From the NCBI GenBank assembly GCA_001643675.2, contig LSRY02000030.1, positions 806,001 to 870,000 of the forward strand: a stretch of DNA of 64,000 bases, read 5' to 3'. The stretch comes from Monocercomonoides exilis PA203 (lineage: Eukaryota > Protista > Preaxostyla). How positions within the stretch are numbered: position 1 is the first letter of the stretch; each line of letters starts with the position of its first letter. Shown piece after piece: positions 1-12,771 of this stretch. Made by a program: the position numbers and the translations under genes. Under the pieces are notes generated by a model. That model was not told where the DNA came from. It made no database searches and saw only the letters and a list, made by a program, of their open reading frames with translations.

Positions 1-2089
1 GAACGGGCATATAGATACAATGGATGAGCGGGAGAATGAATTTATTGTATGGAGTGATGGAGTCGAGTTCTTGGAGGAAACAGGGTTTAGAGAGGGAACG
101 GAACGATTAAAGGATATTTTTTGTGGAAAAGAGGTGTTTTTGGGAGGTTTAAGAGGCAAAATGGATGTGTGGGAGATGGATAAGGATGAGGTTGGGAGGG
201 GTTATTTTTGAGATTTTTGCTATTGGGAAGGAGTTGAGGCAGTGTTTATTATTTGAAGAATGAAATTTGATGTGGAGGAGGTGGAATGAGGAGGAACAGA
301 GGGGCGGAAGATGAGTGGGGTGAATAGAATATATTATCTTTGGAGGGGGGGATGAGAGTTGGAAAGGAAATGGAGAAGAAATGGGGAGAAAATGTTTTTT
401 TTTATGTATCGAGAGAAGGAGGAGGCACATGAGGCAGAGCAAGGAGAAAAGATTTTGCGGGAGTATGTTTGATAAGAAGGAAAAGTGGAGTTGAAGAAAA
501 ATAAGTGAAATGAAATTTTTTTTCAAATTTTTATCTAACTTATTCTGTGAACCGTTTGGATGCGCCTTGTATTTGCAGGGCAAGGGATGGATGCGGAGGA
601 AGAGGAAGACAGGAAGAAGGAACATCGAACGCAACACTTTGTTGTGGGGGTGTGGAGGCAGAGGAAGATGAGGGGTTTACCACGAGAGGGTGTCTTGCAA
701 TGGAAAGAGACAGAAAAAAGATGGAGGTATTTAATTCTGATTAGAAGAAAGATGCAGGGAGAAGAAGTGACAGGGAGTAAAGTGGAATGGATTTTGGCAA
801 AGGGATTGTGATATTCGGTGGGGTGTTGTTGTTGTGGTTTTGAGGGGAAATGGAGAGAAGAAGAAGGCGATACAGTTGAAAGGGTATATGAGAAGGGGTT
901 CTTCTGATGAAATCCACACATTTGCAAGTTTTTTTAAAAGAATAGTGTTTGTGGTGGTTATTTGAGTGGATGAAGAATACAGAATAGCGCATTGAATTTT
1001 TTTGGAAGGCAGAAAGGAGGTGATAATACTTTCATTGAAATAAACAAGAGAAATGGATCAAAATAGTTTTGAAGATTAAAGGAAATGATATATTGAGAAG
1101 AAGAATAAGAGGATAACGAAGAAGCAACAATATTTGCAGTTTTTGATATCATTGATAACCTTAATAGCGTTGCATAATTACAACTTATTATCAAAATCCA
1201 AATTGTTTTTGTTTTTAACTAACATGACTTTTTAACAAGCAATGGAAACATTCCACCCCACCCCTCCCCTCCCAGGAAATATTCATAATTGAAAAAAAAT
1301 CAATATTTAAAACATTTTTGATTTCTTTTTTTGCTCTCTTCTTTCATATTTTATGTATTCTGAAGATTTTTGCAAATCAGTAATTTTTAACCATTTTATT
1401 GAAATTTTGAAATGTTTTGAATAATGACAATCATTTATTGTTCATGAAAACATTTTAATAATTTCATAAAACGTAAAATAATATTTATTTTCTCAACGAT
1501 CTTTTCATAAATACGAAAAATGATATATTTCGCAAAATTTTTTGGTGAATGTTCTGAAAATTATTCATTTGATATTTGAAAAATAGTTGTGATAAATTAA
1601 CAGCTCTTTTGATTTCCACAATTTTAAGGAGAAAATTTTGTGATTTTCCCACAATTAATTTTTTACTGGAAATTTGTTGGTGAAACTTAAAATAACTGCC
1701 TTATTTTCAAATCTTCCAAAAATTTTCAAAATTACTCGATTATTTCAAAATAACATATACGAATTTCAAATTTTTTCAAAAATTTCACAATTACACAAAA
1801 ATTGTACAATTCATCTATTATAAATTCATTAGGTGAATAATAACCATTTGATCAAAACAAAAAATAATCGAATGCTTTTTTATTCAAATCTTAAGTTTTA
1901 TGAGACTTTTTTCATATCTTTATTCAATGCTTGAATAGAGTTTATTTCAACCCTAACAATTGAAAATTGCAATTATATTCAAATTAAAAAACTTGAAAAT
2001 GTCCTTTCATTGTTATTTAATGAATTTATAAAATAAAACAATTTTTAATTTCAATAAGGTGACAGTTGTTTTTGAGAATGAAAACCAAA

Positions 2090-2120
<31 letters not shown>

Positions 2121-2754
2121 GAAAGAAAGAAAAAAGATAAAAAAACAATTAGCCAACACGAAAGAGTGTTGATGAAAGTTCACTTTAAATTTCTTAGCCT
2201 TATCATAAAGTTGATTTTTAATTTTTGTGCACCCAAAAAGGAGCATTATGCCATTCCATTTTTGATGAGTATCATGAATCGGAACAGAAATTTGAATTAA
2301 TGCACAAAATACGACCTGGAACAACATTTCCTTTCATTGAAGATGTGATGATAATGTGTTTCGCACATAAGTTTTTATCTTTTGATTGTTAGCGAAAATT
2401 GAAAAAAAAACATTCTCTTTCAATCACTGTTCAAAAATCCTGGTCTATTTTGAATGAAACCCACAGTATTTTTTTAGGGTTAAAAAAAAAACACTTAATT
2501 TTGTTGACCACAGTTTTAAAATTTTAGTTTTTTCCCAAATCAACATGTTGGGGAAGAATTCTGTTGCAGATTTTTTTTTATTTTTAAAAAACATAAAACA
2601 ATATTTAACTGATCAAAAAAGCTCTATTCTAATTGAGGATAAGTTAAATTGAAGAAATTCAAAGGATATTGGATTGCCTAATAGTCGAATTTCAATTAGC
2701 AATCTGTTTATTGACATAATTGTTGAATATCATTGATGTCAAAATTATTATTTA

Positions 2755-3818
2755 CAATGAGTAAAATACGCGGAACATAGTAAAAAACCCGGAATTTTTA
2801 TTAAAATTCATATATCTCGACAAGTTTAAAAAATTAAATTATAATAATTCACATATTCATACATCAGTATATAACACATCTAGCCATATTGAAAATTTTA
2901 TTTGTTGTGTTGTATTTATGAAGAAATAAATAATTTTTATTTTTGAAAATCCGACTTTTTATAATTTTTTTTGTTTCAACAAAACGATTCGGTTCATCTT
3001 TTACACATATAACTTATTATTTCTATGCAATAAACAATTCTGGTTATTTTTTATTTTCGGCAATTTGCTCTTTCTAACGGAATGGAAATTTGTCATTTTT
3101 GAAAAATCACTGTCAATGGGATAACTTAAAAAATATTTTTGGCTAAACACAGAAACATCCAAGTGAATTTAACACATGCATTAATTAACATAATAGTTAT
3201 ATAGAATTACCACAAAGTTATAATTAAAAATGAATCAACAAAGTATTTGAAAAATAAATATTATTCATATTTTATTAAAAAATGAACTGAAAATTCATTA
3301 ATTGAAAAAACAAATTGCATTTATGAAATATTCACTGAATCATTTTTAATTATAACTTTGTGGTAATTCTATATAACTATTATGTTAATTAATGCATGTG
3401 TTAAATTCACTTGGATGTTTCTGTGTTTAGCCAAAAATATTTTTTAAGTTATCCCATTGACAGTGATTTTTCAAAAATGACAAATTTCCATTCCGTTAGA
3501 AAGAGCAAATTGCCGAAAATAAAAAATAACCAGAATTGTTTATTGCATAGAAATAATAAGTTATATGTGTAAAAGATGAACCGAATCGTTTTGTTGAAAC
3601 AAAAAAAATTATAAAAAGTCGGATTTTCAAAAATAAAAATTATTTATTTCTTCATAAATACAACACAACAAATAAAATTTTCAATATGGCTAGATGTGTT
3701 ATATACTGATGTATGAATATGTGAATTATTATAATTTAATTTTTTAAACTTGTCGAGATATATGAATTTTAATAAAAATTCCGGGTTTTTTACTATGTTC
3801 CGCGTATTTTACTCATTG
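2755..3818. mobile_element. Foldback/MITE-like non-autonomous DNA transposon with ~480-bp terminal inverted repeats
   Basis: 2752-3233 is the reverse complement of 3340-3821 (caatgagtaaaatacgcggaacatag ... ctatgttccgcgtattttactcattg), with a ~106-bp spacer. TA flanks both ends (2753-54, 3819-20). No ORF. Confidence 0.85.
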
Positions 3819-4369
3819 TAATACAATATTTATTGTGAAATTGTTATTTGATTCATTCTATAATAAAAGTTTCTTCACAAAAGATAAACAAAATGACTTT
3901 CTGAAACAGTTAACAATAATGTTGTAATCATCCACATTGATTTTTTTTCACGATCGTATATTGTGCAATTACAAAAATTTGATTAAAACATGACATTCTT
4001 ATTTAATTTGAAATTTCACATAATGAGCTTTTCAAAAAATGAAAAAATAATTAACCCGAATAATTAATATTATTTCTTTTTCGAGAAAGGTTTAAAACTC
4101 CTTTGAAAGAGATTAAAATGATTTTGTTTTTAATATTCATTAACTTCAAAAACAAAAAGAAAAAGAAAAAATTAACCAAAAAAACGATCATTTCGTGTGA
4201 TTTGTTTTTTTGCAAATCCAAATTACAAGTTTTTCAACGGAAATCATCAGCCTTTAATCATGATTTTATAGAACAACCAAAATTTTTTTCGTTAAATTTA
4301 TTGTTATACAGTCTGTCCAAAAATAATAGATATTTTACGGCAACTTTCTGTATTTAGCGAAATGCTTCG

Positions 4370-4420
4370 TTGTTACGGAAAATCAAGACTTGTTACGGAT
4401 AAATTACACTTGTTACGAAA
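4370..4420. repeat. Three tandem ~20-bp units with core ttgttacg
   Basis: tgttacggaaaatcaagact / tgttacggataaattacact / tgttacgaaa at 20-bp period. Confidence 0.7.
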
Positions 4421-4639
4421 AAAACCCATTCTTTCAGAGAAAGATTTTATATTTAAAAGGAAACACGATTTATGTGTGTTTTGAGACACTTGTGTACCAA
4501 TTTATTAGATTGATAAATTTTCATTAAAGATGAGTTATTTAACGTTCGTAGATCCTTTTATTATGTATGCATCATTTTTTGTGAACAAAAAACAAAAAAT
4601 TATTTTATTTTATAAATTTATTTTTTATATTGAAACATA

Positions 4640-5170
4640 AAAACTGATGGTTCATGCTCCCAAGTTAGAAATGCAGACATTCAACATAAAAATTACGCTA
4701 ATGGAATGCTATATTCACAAACATCATCATCGTTTTCAGCAACAGCTTCCACTTCGAATTCATTAAAGACTTCTGTTTACTCCAGTCAAGCAAGCAGCAA
4801 CTTAATGAAAAAACAAAAGAATGGCCTGAATGAATGTGTTTCTCGATGAAAATATAATAGCGAATAGAGGATATCAGAGCGTGGTGGAAGGTTTTTTTGT
4901 TCATATCTTCGACAAAAAATACCAAAGCCAAAGAAGAAAAGGAATTAAATGCGAGACCCACAAAATAACGAATTCCAGAAGAATGGTTTTTTGACAGGAT
5001 GAAACGGCTGTGGAAACAATGTGTGAACAAATATCGTCACGGGCTGGGTAATGCGAAATTTTTTGTAGAAATTGCTGTACGTCCTACAAATCTCAATATT
5101 CAGTCGAACGACATCACAGAAGATGATGGAAGTTTGAGAAGAAATACCCTATTTTTTATCATGGTGAAGT
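4640..5170 (+). pseudogene. Decayed PIF/Harbinger (IS5-like, DDE_Tnp_4) transposase relic
   Basis: Across frameshifts and stops it reads YS.KHHHRF, ENIIANRGYQ (cf. ILADKGYQ) and RIPEEWFFDRMKRLWKQCVNKYRH...FVEIAVRPTNLNI (cf. RV.VENFFGRLK.LW...YR...C.ALTN.HI), in the expected order. Confidence 0.55.
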
Positions 5171-5689
5171 GAAAAGATAAATGGGACATTATTTAGGATT
5201 AAATACATTTTCATTTGCAAATTATGCCCTTCTCAATAAATAATTCAATAACTCGAAACATTAACTAAATATTTAAAATCATTTCATATAAATACAAATA
5301 TAATGTTTGAAGTGTTATTTGGGTATTTTTTTTTAATGAAAAGTCACGATAGATCAAAATCTTCTCCCATGGAAGTTTAATTGAAAAACACTCCAAAACT
5401 ATCATTTATTAAAAATCTGTGCATTTTTCTATGAATGTTTATTTGATAATAAATTATCAATTTATTCAAAAAGCATTTCCTCTTTAATATTTTTTTTAAT
5501 ATTATTTTATGATCAATTTAAAATTTTATTTTCTATTGAAATTGAATTTGTTGTTTTGTGGAGTATTTTCTAAAAGAAGAGACAATTAAACGACAAGATG
5601 CCTCTTGAAATACATCATTGAAAAACAACGAGGCTCTTTCCAACTCATATATTTGCAATAATTGCATTTAATTTTGTCAAGGCTATACT

Positions 5690-6160
5690 GAGGATGCACA
5701 ATTTCTATGCATAGCTGGCATCAATAATCTATTAAAGCAAATTCCATTTTCAGGAGTGAAAAAATTACAATCAGAAACATTTACAGTTATAAACACATTT
5801 TTGGGATTCCGCAATTCTTCAGTAGAACTGAAAAATGTGGCACTTGAACATTCATCTTCGCCATTTGTGCTAATAACAGAATGCTCAACTCTGATGATGG
5901 ATTCCTGCATTTCCAGTCAAAGGTCAGGTTCTCCTTTTCATCTTCAAAGCGGATCAATCAACATGGTGAATTTGAGTTTGATCCCCCAAAAGAATCTTAA
6001 CCCTTCAGGCCTCAAATTTTTATCTGAAGATTCTTATTCAGTAGTTTTGAATAATTCCATTATAACAGATCTGACTTTCGCACCATCAAACTGTTTATTA
6101 GCGTCTGTAAAAACCGAATGCAAACGGATACGTGACCATTCCTTTTGAAACATAACCTTG
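5690..6160 (+). pseudogene. N-terminal fragment of the Cys/Gly-rich surface protein family
   Basis: ORF 5756-6148 (FRNSSVELKNVAL...SPFHLQSG...NLS) resembles the N-termini of the genes at 44048 (INSSLKLKSL...SPFCLTGG) and 56834 (DNSTLRLHKL...SPFF). Truncated by stops. Confidence 0.45.
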
Positions 6161-6499
6161 AAATATGAAAAGAATAGTGATTATCAAAAAGAGGACCCGT
6201 TCTGTGTGAGATTACTGGAATAGGAGAAATACAAATTGGTATGTTTGGCATGCCCGTTGGAAATGAGATCACTCAAAATACAAAATTTAACGCAAAATTG
6301 ATTGATACTCAGAATGTTCTGCTTCAGAGAGATAAGCTCAATCACATGCATTGGTATAAGCTCAATGGAACATCGTTTTTTGAATCATTCTCCACACTCA
6401 ACAAGTGATTGGAGAAGCGAGACCTACCAGCCTGCTGATTCACTTGAAGCGGGAGGCTGAAGAGAAGCGGAATGTTCTTAATGAGAAAAGATGGTGTTC

Positions 6500-9400
6500 A
6501 TTCTGCATCGAAGTGCAGAAGAGGTGCAGAAGCGGTGAAAAAGGAGGAAGTGATTTTTGGGAATTTCAAAGTCACTTTTAAGAAGGCACGAAATCAAACA
6601 GAAAAATAACTACTACGTAGAGAAAGTCTCATTTAATCCAATACATGCAACCAAAGTTATACGTTCTCCACATCAAACATATACAACATTGACAAACCTT
6701 TCTTTTAATTTTCTCTTTTCAACGAAGTTTCTCCTGTTATCTCCTCGAAAGTTCATAATTTCAACAATGAACTTTTCATTAACTTCACAAAAAGATAGTC
6801 TTGCCAACATGCACCTGCGCCAATATCAATTTCTTCAAAGTTTTAAGAGTGCAACGAAACGGCAAGTGATATTTTCACATTCAGAATTTGCTCTTCTTAT
6901 ACTTCTTATCCTTTCGCACACATCTTCGCCCCACATCCACTTCATCAATAACTGAACGCAAATCCTTTCAAAGCATTTCCTCAGCTCACATATCTCACTC
7001 AAAAAGAATTTACATGCATTCTAAAAACAACTTAAAAAAGAAAGAAAGAAAGAAAGAGCCTATTCCAGTGCCATTTTCTCTTCAAGAAGCTCCCCTTTCC
7101 CTTTTTCTTATATTACAGTCACACCTCTTTCCTCGTCTGCGCCTTCAAACTCGTCTTCTCCTGCTCTTTTGCCTCTATCTTGCATATTTCCGTAGAGATA
7201 TTCTTCTTCGCCAGGATCACATAATTCAAAAATATTTTTTTTCATTATCAATATCATAATCATCACCTTCTTCTTCTTCTCCTGAATCATTCACTTGAAT
7301 ATCCCTTGACATTTCCCCCGCCTTTACCAGCACAGCCTTCAAAGAAGGAGTGCTCCTTGTGGGACTGATGAACTGGAATTACAACAAAGAATCGCAGTTC
7401 AATCGAACTGCTGCTCTTTTCGCGCATCGACACACTCAACCATTGTTCATCACATCAACAAACCACTTCGCTCATGGCTCTCGCACTTCGAGTTCTTCAG
7501 CCAAGACCTATTCGGTGCACCGGTCTTCACACGTCTTATTCCTTACAACCTAAATACAACCTGTCCTCCTTCATGAGTATGTCTCTCTTGTCATCAAGTT
7601 TCAGGAAGCTAAATCGTTCAGCACACAAGTCTCTCAGAACTCCGATACCGATACCAACTCCATGAGCACTTGGTTCGAATAATGCCAGAATTTGGATTTT
7701 TTCATTTCGCAATATCGCAATTTCCAAAAGACATTGAAGTCGCTTATCCAGCGTTGCCTTGCAGCCAAAGTGGAGCAAAGAAGATATGTGTAAGCAAAAA
7801 GCTTTCTTCCAGTGAGTTACGTGATATGTCAATTGGCTCGTAAGTCTCCTTGTGTCTGGATACGTTTGGAGCGTTGGTGAAGAAGCTAAACATGCTGAAG
7901 GCAAGCAAATCCTAATCTAAAAACGAATTGAGTGGGATGATGAAGGCTCTCGCTCAACAGCTTCCTCCTTACGTTGCAGACAAAAGATGCGTTTCAGGAG
8001 AACCTGAAGGCTACGATGACGATTATGATAGACGAAAGAAGGCTGTTTTTGAAGCAAAGGTGGCAGATCAAGCATAACATGCATGTCATGCAGGTTTATG
8101 AAGAGACAAACTAAGATGCTATTTCGGCTTTTTTTGCAAAGCTGAAAGAGAAATTGAAGAATGCAGAGAGGGAGATAATGAATGTTCCTCTGACAAACCT
8201 GCTCTTTACCATTCGGTCTTGTCAGATGATAGTTCAGGCTTCCCTCTTTATTGTGGAGAAAAAACAAATGCTTGCGATTAAAAACAGCCTGCCTTCGAAT
8301 GTTTATTCTGCACTTGGCTCGAAGGCAAAAACAAATTTACCACAAACTATTTCTTTGGATTCACTTTTGATATTATCTGCTTCACCGCTTTTTTTAGTGC
8401 TCCAGCTGAAGATGCAGAAGATGATGCGTTCACCAGGTTGTGGGCGATTATCTTCAACTTCTTTTGTTTCTTCTTCTTCTTCTACCTTGATAAACTCTTT
8501 CAATCAGACCTATCTTCATCGCTTTCAAGAAAAAACTGTTCATTTGACATCAATTTGTTCAACATCAACAACACATTCTTCTTTTCATTTTTATCATCAT
8601 TCTCATCTTCCTCACCATCCCCCAATATCAACCACTGTGACGATATCACATCATCCACCTGCTCGACTCCACAATGGAGGAGCTGTCAGATGCGATGAAC
8701 TTAATGACTTCACAGATATCAATGACGTTTCTGCATAGTTGTCGACAGAGAACTTTGAGACAAAAAAACTCTTCTTTTCTGTCCGTGATGAAATGATTAT
8801 ATTCTCAAAGTTAAAGATATATTCACTCGATAAGACGTTTGAGCTCTTTCTCTCATCATCCAATGAAGGCAATAACTGCAATAATTAAGATGAAGGCAAC
8901 GATTATCACAACTCATTGAACGGTCCGTCAATTCCTCTCTTCACACCATTTTCCGAAAAACTGGTTTTGATAAGCAAGCAATTGAACATAAAAAGATCAC
9001 GCGAAACGAACTGCAAAAGTCAGGAGATGCACATGCACTAGCTGATGAAAAGATGCAATTGCAGTTTCAGGCACAAACACAAACAGAAAAACAGATTCGT
9101 ACACAACATCTTGTGAATATTCCTCCTTCTGGTGATGATTTTTTCCTTCTTCTTCGAAAGCTGCTGAGCTCGCGTCCTCAGCTAATCTGGCAATGTTGGT
9201 TGTGTCGTTGATTTTGTTTTCTTCATCTGCGTCAACTGCTTCATCAGCGTTATATTATTCCTTTTCTTCCTCTGCTCCTCAAAGATGTCCCTTTGACACT
9301 GCTCCTTCTGCAACCTGCCCATCTTTCACTTCCACTTCCTCTTCCTCTTCCTCTTCCTCCTCCTCCTCTTCTTCTTCTAACTCTTCTTCTTTCTTTTTAT

Positions 9401-10500
9401 CCTGTTCTTCTTCTTCACCTTCTTCTTTTCCTTCTTCTTCAGTGCCAATAAACACACAAGCAGAACAATCACAATCTTCAAATATGTCACTTCAATCGTC
9501 TCTCAACAAAAGGCCAGTTTCTTCTCTTCCAATCAAAAGGACGATGACAAGATCTCGTTAGGCCCCTCGTATTAATGTGGCTTCTTCATCATCTTCTTCT
9601 TCTTCATCTTCAGCAGCAACAATGCCATCATCTTCAAACACTTCAGCTTCCTCTTCCTCCTCCTTTTCTTCTTTCTCTTCTTCTTCCTCCAACACTACGC
9701 CTTCATCATCAACATCATCATCTTCTTCTTCTCGTTCTGTTTCCACCCACAACTCACTCACTTCTTCCACTTCATCTGTCAGAAGCACCACAAAATCCAA
9801 ACAAACACCACAAGTTGGATCTTCCTCTCCTGTTTTTCGTTCTCATTCGTCTCAAACAAGGCATTTTCAACGATGCTCATCCACAAACAACATTTCTGTT
9901 TGCAGCAGAAGAGACGCGAAAGACAAAGCAGCCAGCGGGATTTTCTTGCAGCCTGCAAAACGAGTCAGACCTTCCAGTGCAACAACATTATCAACTGCAA
10001 CATTATCTTCATCTTCGTCTTCATCTTCGAGCGCTTCTTTTGCAGCAGCCTCAGACACACTGAACTCCATCAGGCTGGACAGAAGCAAGTTGGGCGTGTC
10101 GAATGTCAGCTACGTTGGTCTTCGTGCGATCAACAAGGGATTCATTGCATCGACACTGGAAGGATTTTCAGGTGGGAGAGGAGGCTCTGAGAATGGAAGT
10201 GAGAGAATGATGGATGGAAGTGGTGGAGGAGGAGGAGGAGAAAGAGAAGGAGATAGAAGAAGTGGAAATGGAGGTGCAAGTGAACTGACAGATAGAAGTT
10301 GAGAATCAGGTTGTTGTGAAGAAGGGAAAGAAGGGAAAGAAGGAGGAATGCAGAGCAGCGGGAGAACAGGAAGAAAAAGAGAAAAGGAAGAAAGCAGTGC
10401 AAAGCAGATACAAATATTGAAGGCGCCTATTTTGATGAAGACACAGCCGATGAATCTGCGTGTGTCACCAAAGCCAAAACAGTTCCGCACACCAAAAACA
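6500..10500. pseudogene. Patchwork of decayed coding sequence and Ser-rich low-complexity ORFs (e.g. 9577-10302)
   Basis: GC content is coding-like relative to the intergenic DNA. Short interrupted ORFs on both strands and (TCT/TCA)n tracts; no recognisable domain. Confidence 0.35.
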
Positions 10501-11378
10501 GCTTCTTCTTCTTCTCCTTCTTCTTCTTCTTCTTTTTCTCCTTCTTCTTCTTCCTCCTCCTCCTTTTCTTCCTCTCCTTCTTCCTTCTCCAAATCATTCG
10601 AACCACCCTCTTTTCCTTGCTCCTCATTCATCCCCAAATCATTCGTATGCATTTCCACCTGTTCCTCATCTTTCCCCACATTTTCTTCTCTTCCATCTGA
10701 AGCTATTCCCAAAGACCTGTTTGCTGCTTCTTCTTCTGCTCTCCTGTTCTCCTGTTGGATGCCATCAGATGGAGAAGAACTGCACACTTCAGGTTCCACT
10801 GAATGCAACATGTCCGCCTCAGCCTCTGCCTTCACAAACCTCAGCCCACTCAGCCCATGCGCTTCCACAACCAGCGGCGCCATCGCTTCTTCCAGCTTTC
10901 CCTGGTTCTCTTTGTTTCTCTCCACAAACTCTCTGTGCGCTGTCAGATACCCGCCTTTCTCCTCATTCCCTTCACCTTCCTCTGCTTCTTATCGCTCCTC
11001 AAGCTTCAACAGCGCAATCGCTGCTGGAGAAAGAATCACATCCTCCATCATCACCCTCGCAGCCTCCAGTGCTATCTCCTAATTCTTCCATTCATCGCAT
11101 ACTCCAATCACTTCTCTTATAACTTCATCGTCCATCTTCACCACCAAATATTTCAACGAAGACAATCGCCATTTCTGCAGCGACGGGTCGAACAGATCGT
11201 AGATCGACGGGAACTTATTCACATCTGCTTCCACAAAGATCCGCTTGCTCCCCAACTTCGTGCCTTCCGATGCATCAAGCGATGGAAGCGGTTCCACCAG
11301 CGTAACTGAAAGCATCGCAGAAAGCACTGAATAATACGCACACATAACACCTCCATGCAACGCAGCCCACCGCTGCAC
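10500..11378 (-). pseudogene. Interrupted Glu-rich hypothetical protein gene
   Basis: ORFs 11079-11378 and 10110-10925 are in one frame joined through two in-frame stops (EWKN*EIALEAARV...LEER*EAEEG), ending in a poly-Glu tract. Confidence 0.5.
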
Positions 11379-12771
11379 AACACAACCATCGAAGTTTCTG
11401 TTACTCCCTCAGAAACAACTATCTGTGATTTTCTTACATCCCAGCCGCAACAGACAACACAATCTGCAGCCGTCTTTCTATGTTGTTTTTCACTGCTGCT
11501 GAATAATATGACAATTCATCTGAATCATCCGATGAGTCAATTGCAGACACAGATGTTGATGATGACTTTTTATCTTCTTCGATTTTCTTCTCTTTGCTAA
11601 TCAAGAACGCATGAATCGAGTTTGAAATGAGCGTGCTGCTCCAGTGAAGAAAATGAAGAAGTTGGAGTGTTTTGTTGACATCATTACAAAGAATACAGGA
11701 AGAAGAAAAGAAGGAAAGAAAATGCTTCAACAAATGCAAAAGAAAATGCAGTCACATGTTGCAAAAGTTGTGAAGATGAAGAGATCTGAAATACTGCAGA
11801 AATTGACGCATCTTCAGCAAATATTAACAGGAAGCAGAAGTGAAACTGACAGAAGAAAAACAAAAAGAACAGAGATGGAAAGAGATGAAGTGTTTCAGAT
11901 TGAGATAAATATAAAAGCTACATTTGCAAGGTCATTGGCTAAAGATACAATTTTTCTGATGGAGACAAAGAGAACATATCATGAAGATTTCTTCAAGAAG
12001 AAGAGATAGATACCAAAAAGAAACATAAAATTATTGTATATTTGATAAATCTATAAATAACGCAAAGGAAAACATAAAATATTTGGAGTCAAAGAAGAAG
12101 AAAAAGACGTCATAAAAATAATGCAGATGAGGCTGAAAGAGATAACAGAAAAAAGGAAAAAGAAAACGATGAAGTTTTGAAAGAAATAAGAAATAAATTA
12201 GTTAAAATCGAGAAAAAAAATTTAATTGAACCAAAATGATTGAGAGAAGTGATCCAGCAGGAGAGATTCCACCAGAAATGGAAAAAGAGTTAAATGAAAA
12301 GCAGAAACTGATAAAAGATCTGATCAATTTGGTTACTATGCTGGAGATAGCAGGAATCACATTCGATGGGGAAGTGATCAATGAGCAAATGAAAGGCATT
12401 TTAGCTGCGAATAATGAGAATCTCAACGTTGAACAGAAAAAGAACCAGGAGCTAACGGAAGAATTCAGCAAGCGAGAGAAGAGGGGGATATTAAATAAGT
12501 CAAATAAATTTAAGCAGAATAACAGAAAATGTGAACATGTGAATTCCTGAACGAATTTATAGTTTGAAACTTTTGAATGAGCAAAATCAATTTTTTATTT
12601 TCAAAATGTGAAACATTTACTGGTTCTTCTTTATTCAGTCGTTTCAAATGTGATTTGAAAAGTACAATTTTTTTCTTTTCTTTTTTTATTTGAATGTCAT
12701 TCGCTAAGCTTATAAAGGGATCGATCTTTCTGTGAAAGATATTTACAACATTGAAGATAGAAAACACACAA

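Noticed and set aside
1-1200. ORFs at the window start
   Set aside because: Short, mutually overlapping, no recognisable motif; probably decayed coding DNA.
10900-11100. TAA/TAG=Gln alternative code (known in some oxymonads), suggested by in-frame TAR in broken ORFs
   Set aside because: The 3066-aa ORF, the transposase and eIF3i contain no in-frame TAR, and TAA appears to end genes at 16107 and 51558. C-to-T decay explains the stops.
11644-12550. ORFs upstream of the transposase as a second element gene or extra exons
   Set aside because: Interrupted by stops, with no convincing splice link or domain; cannot be supported.
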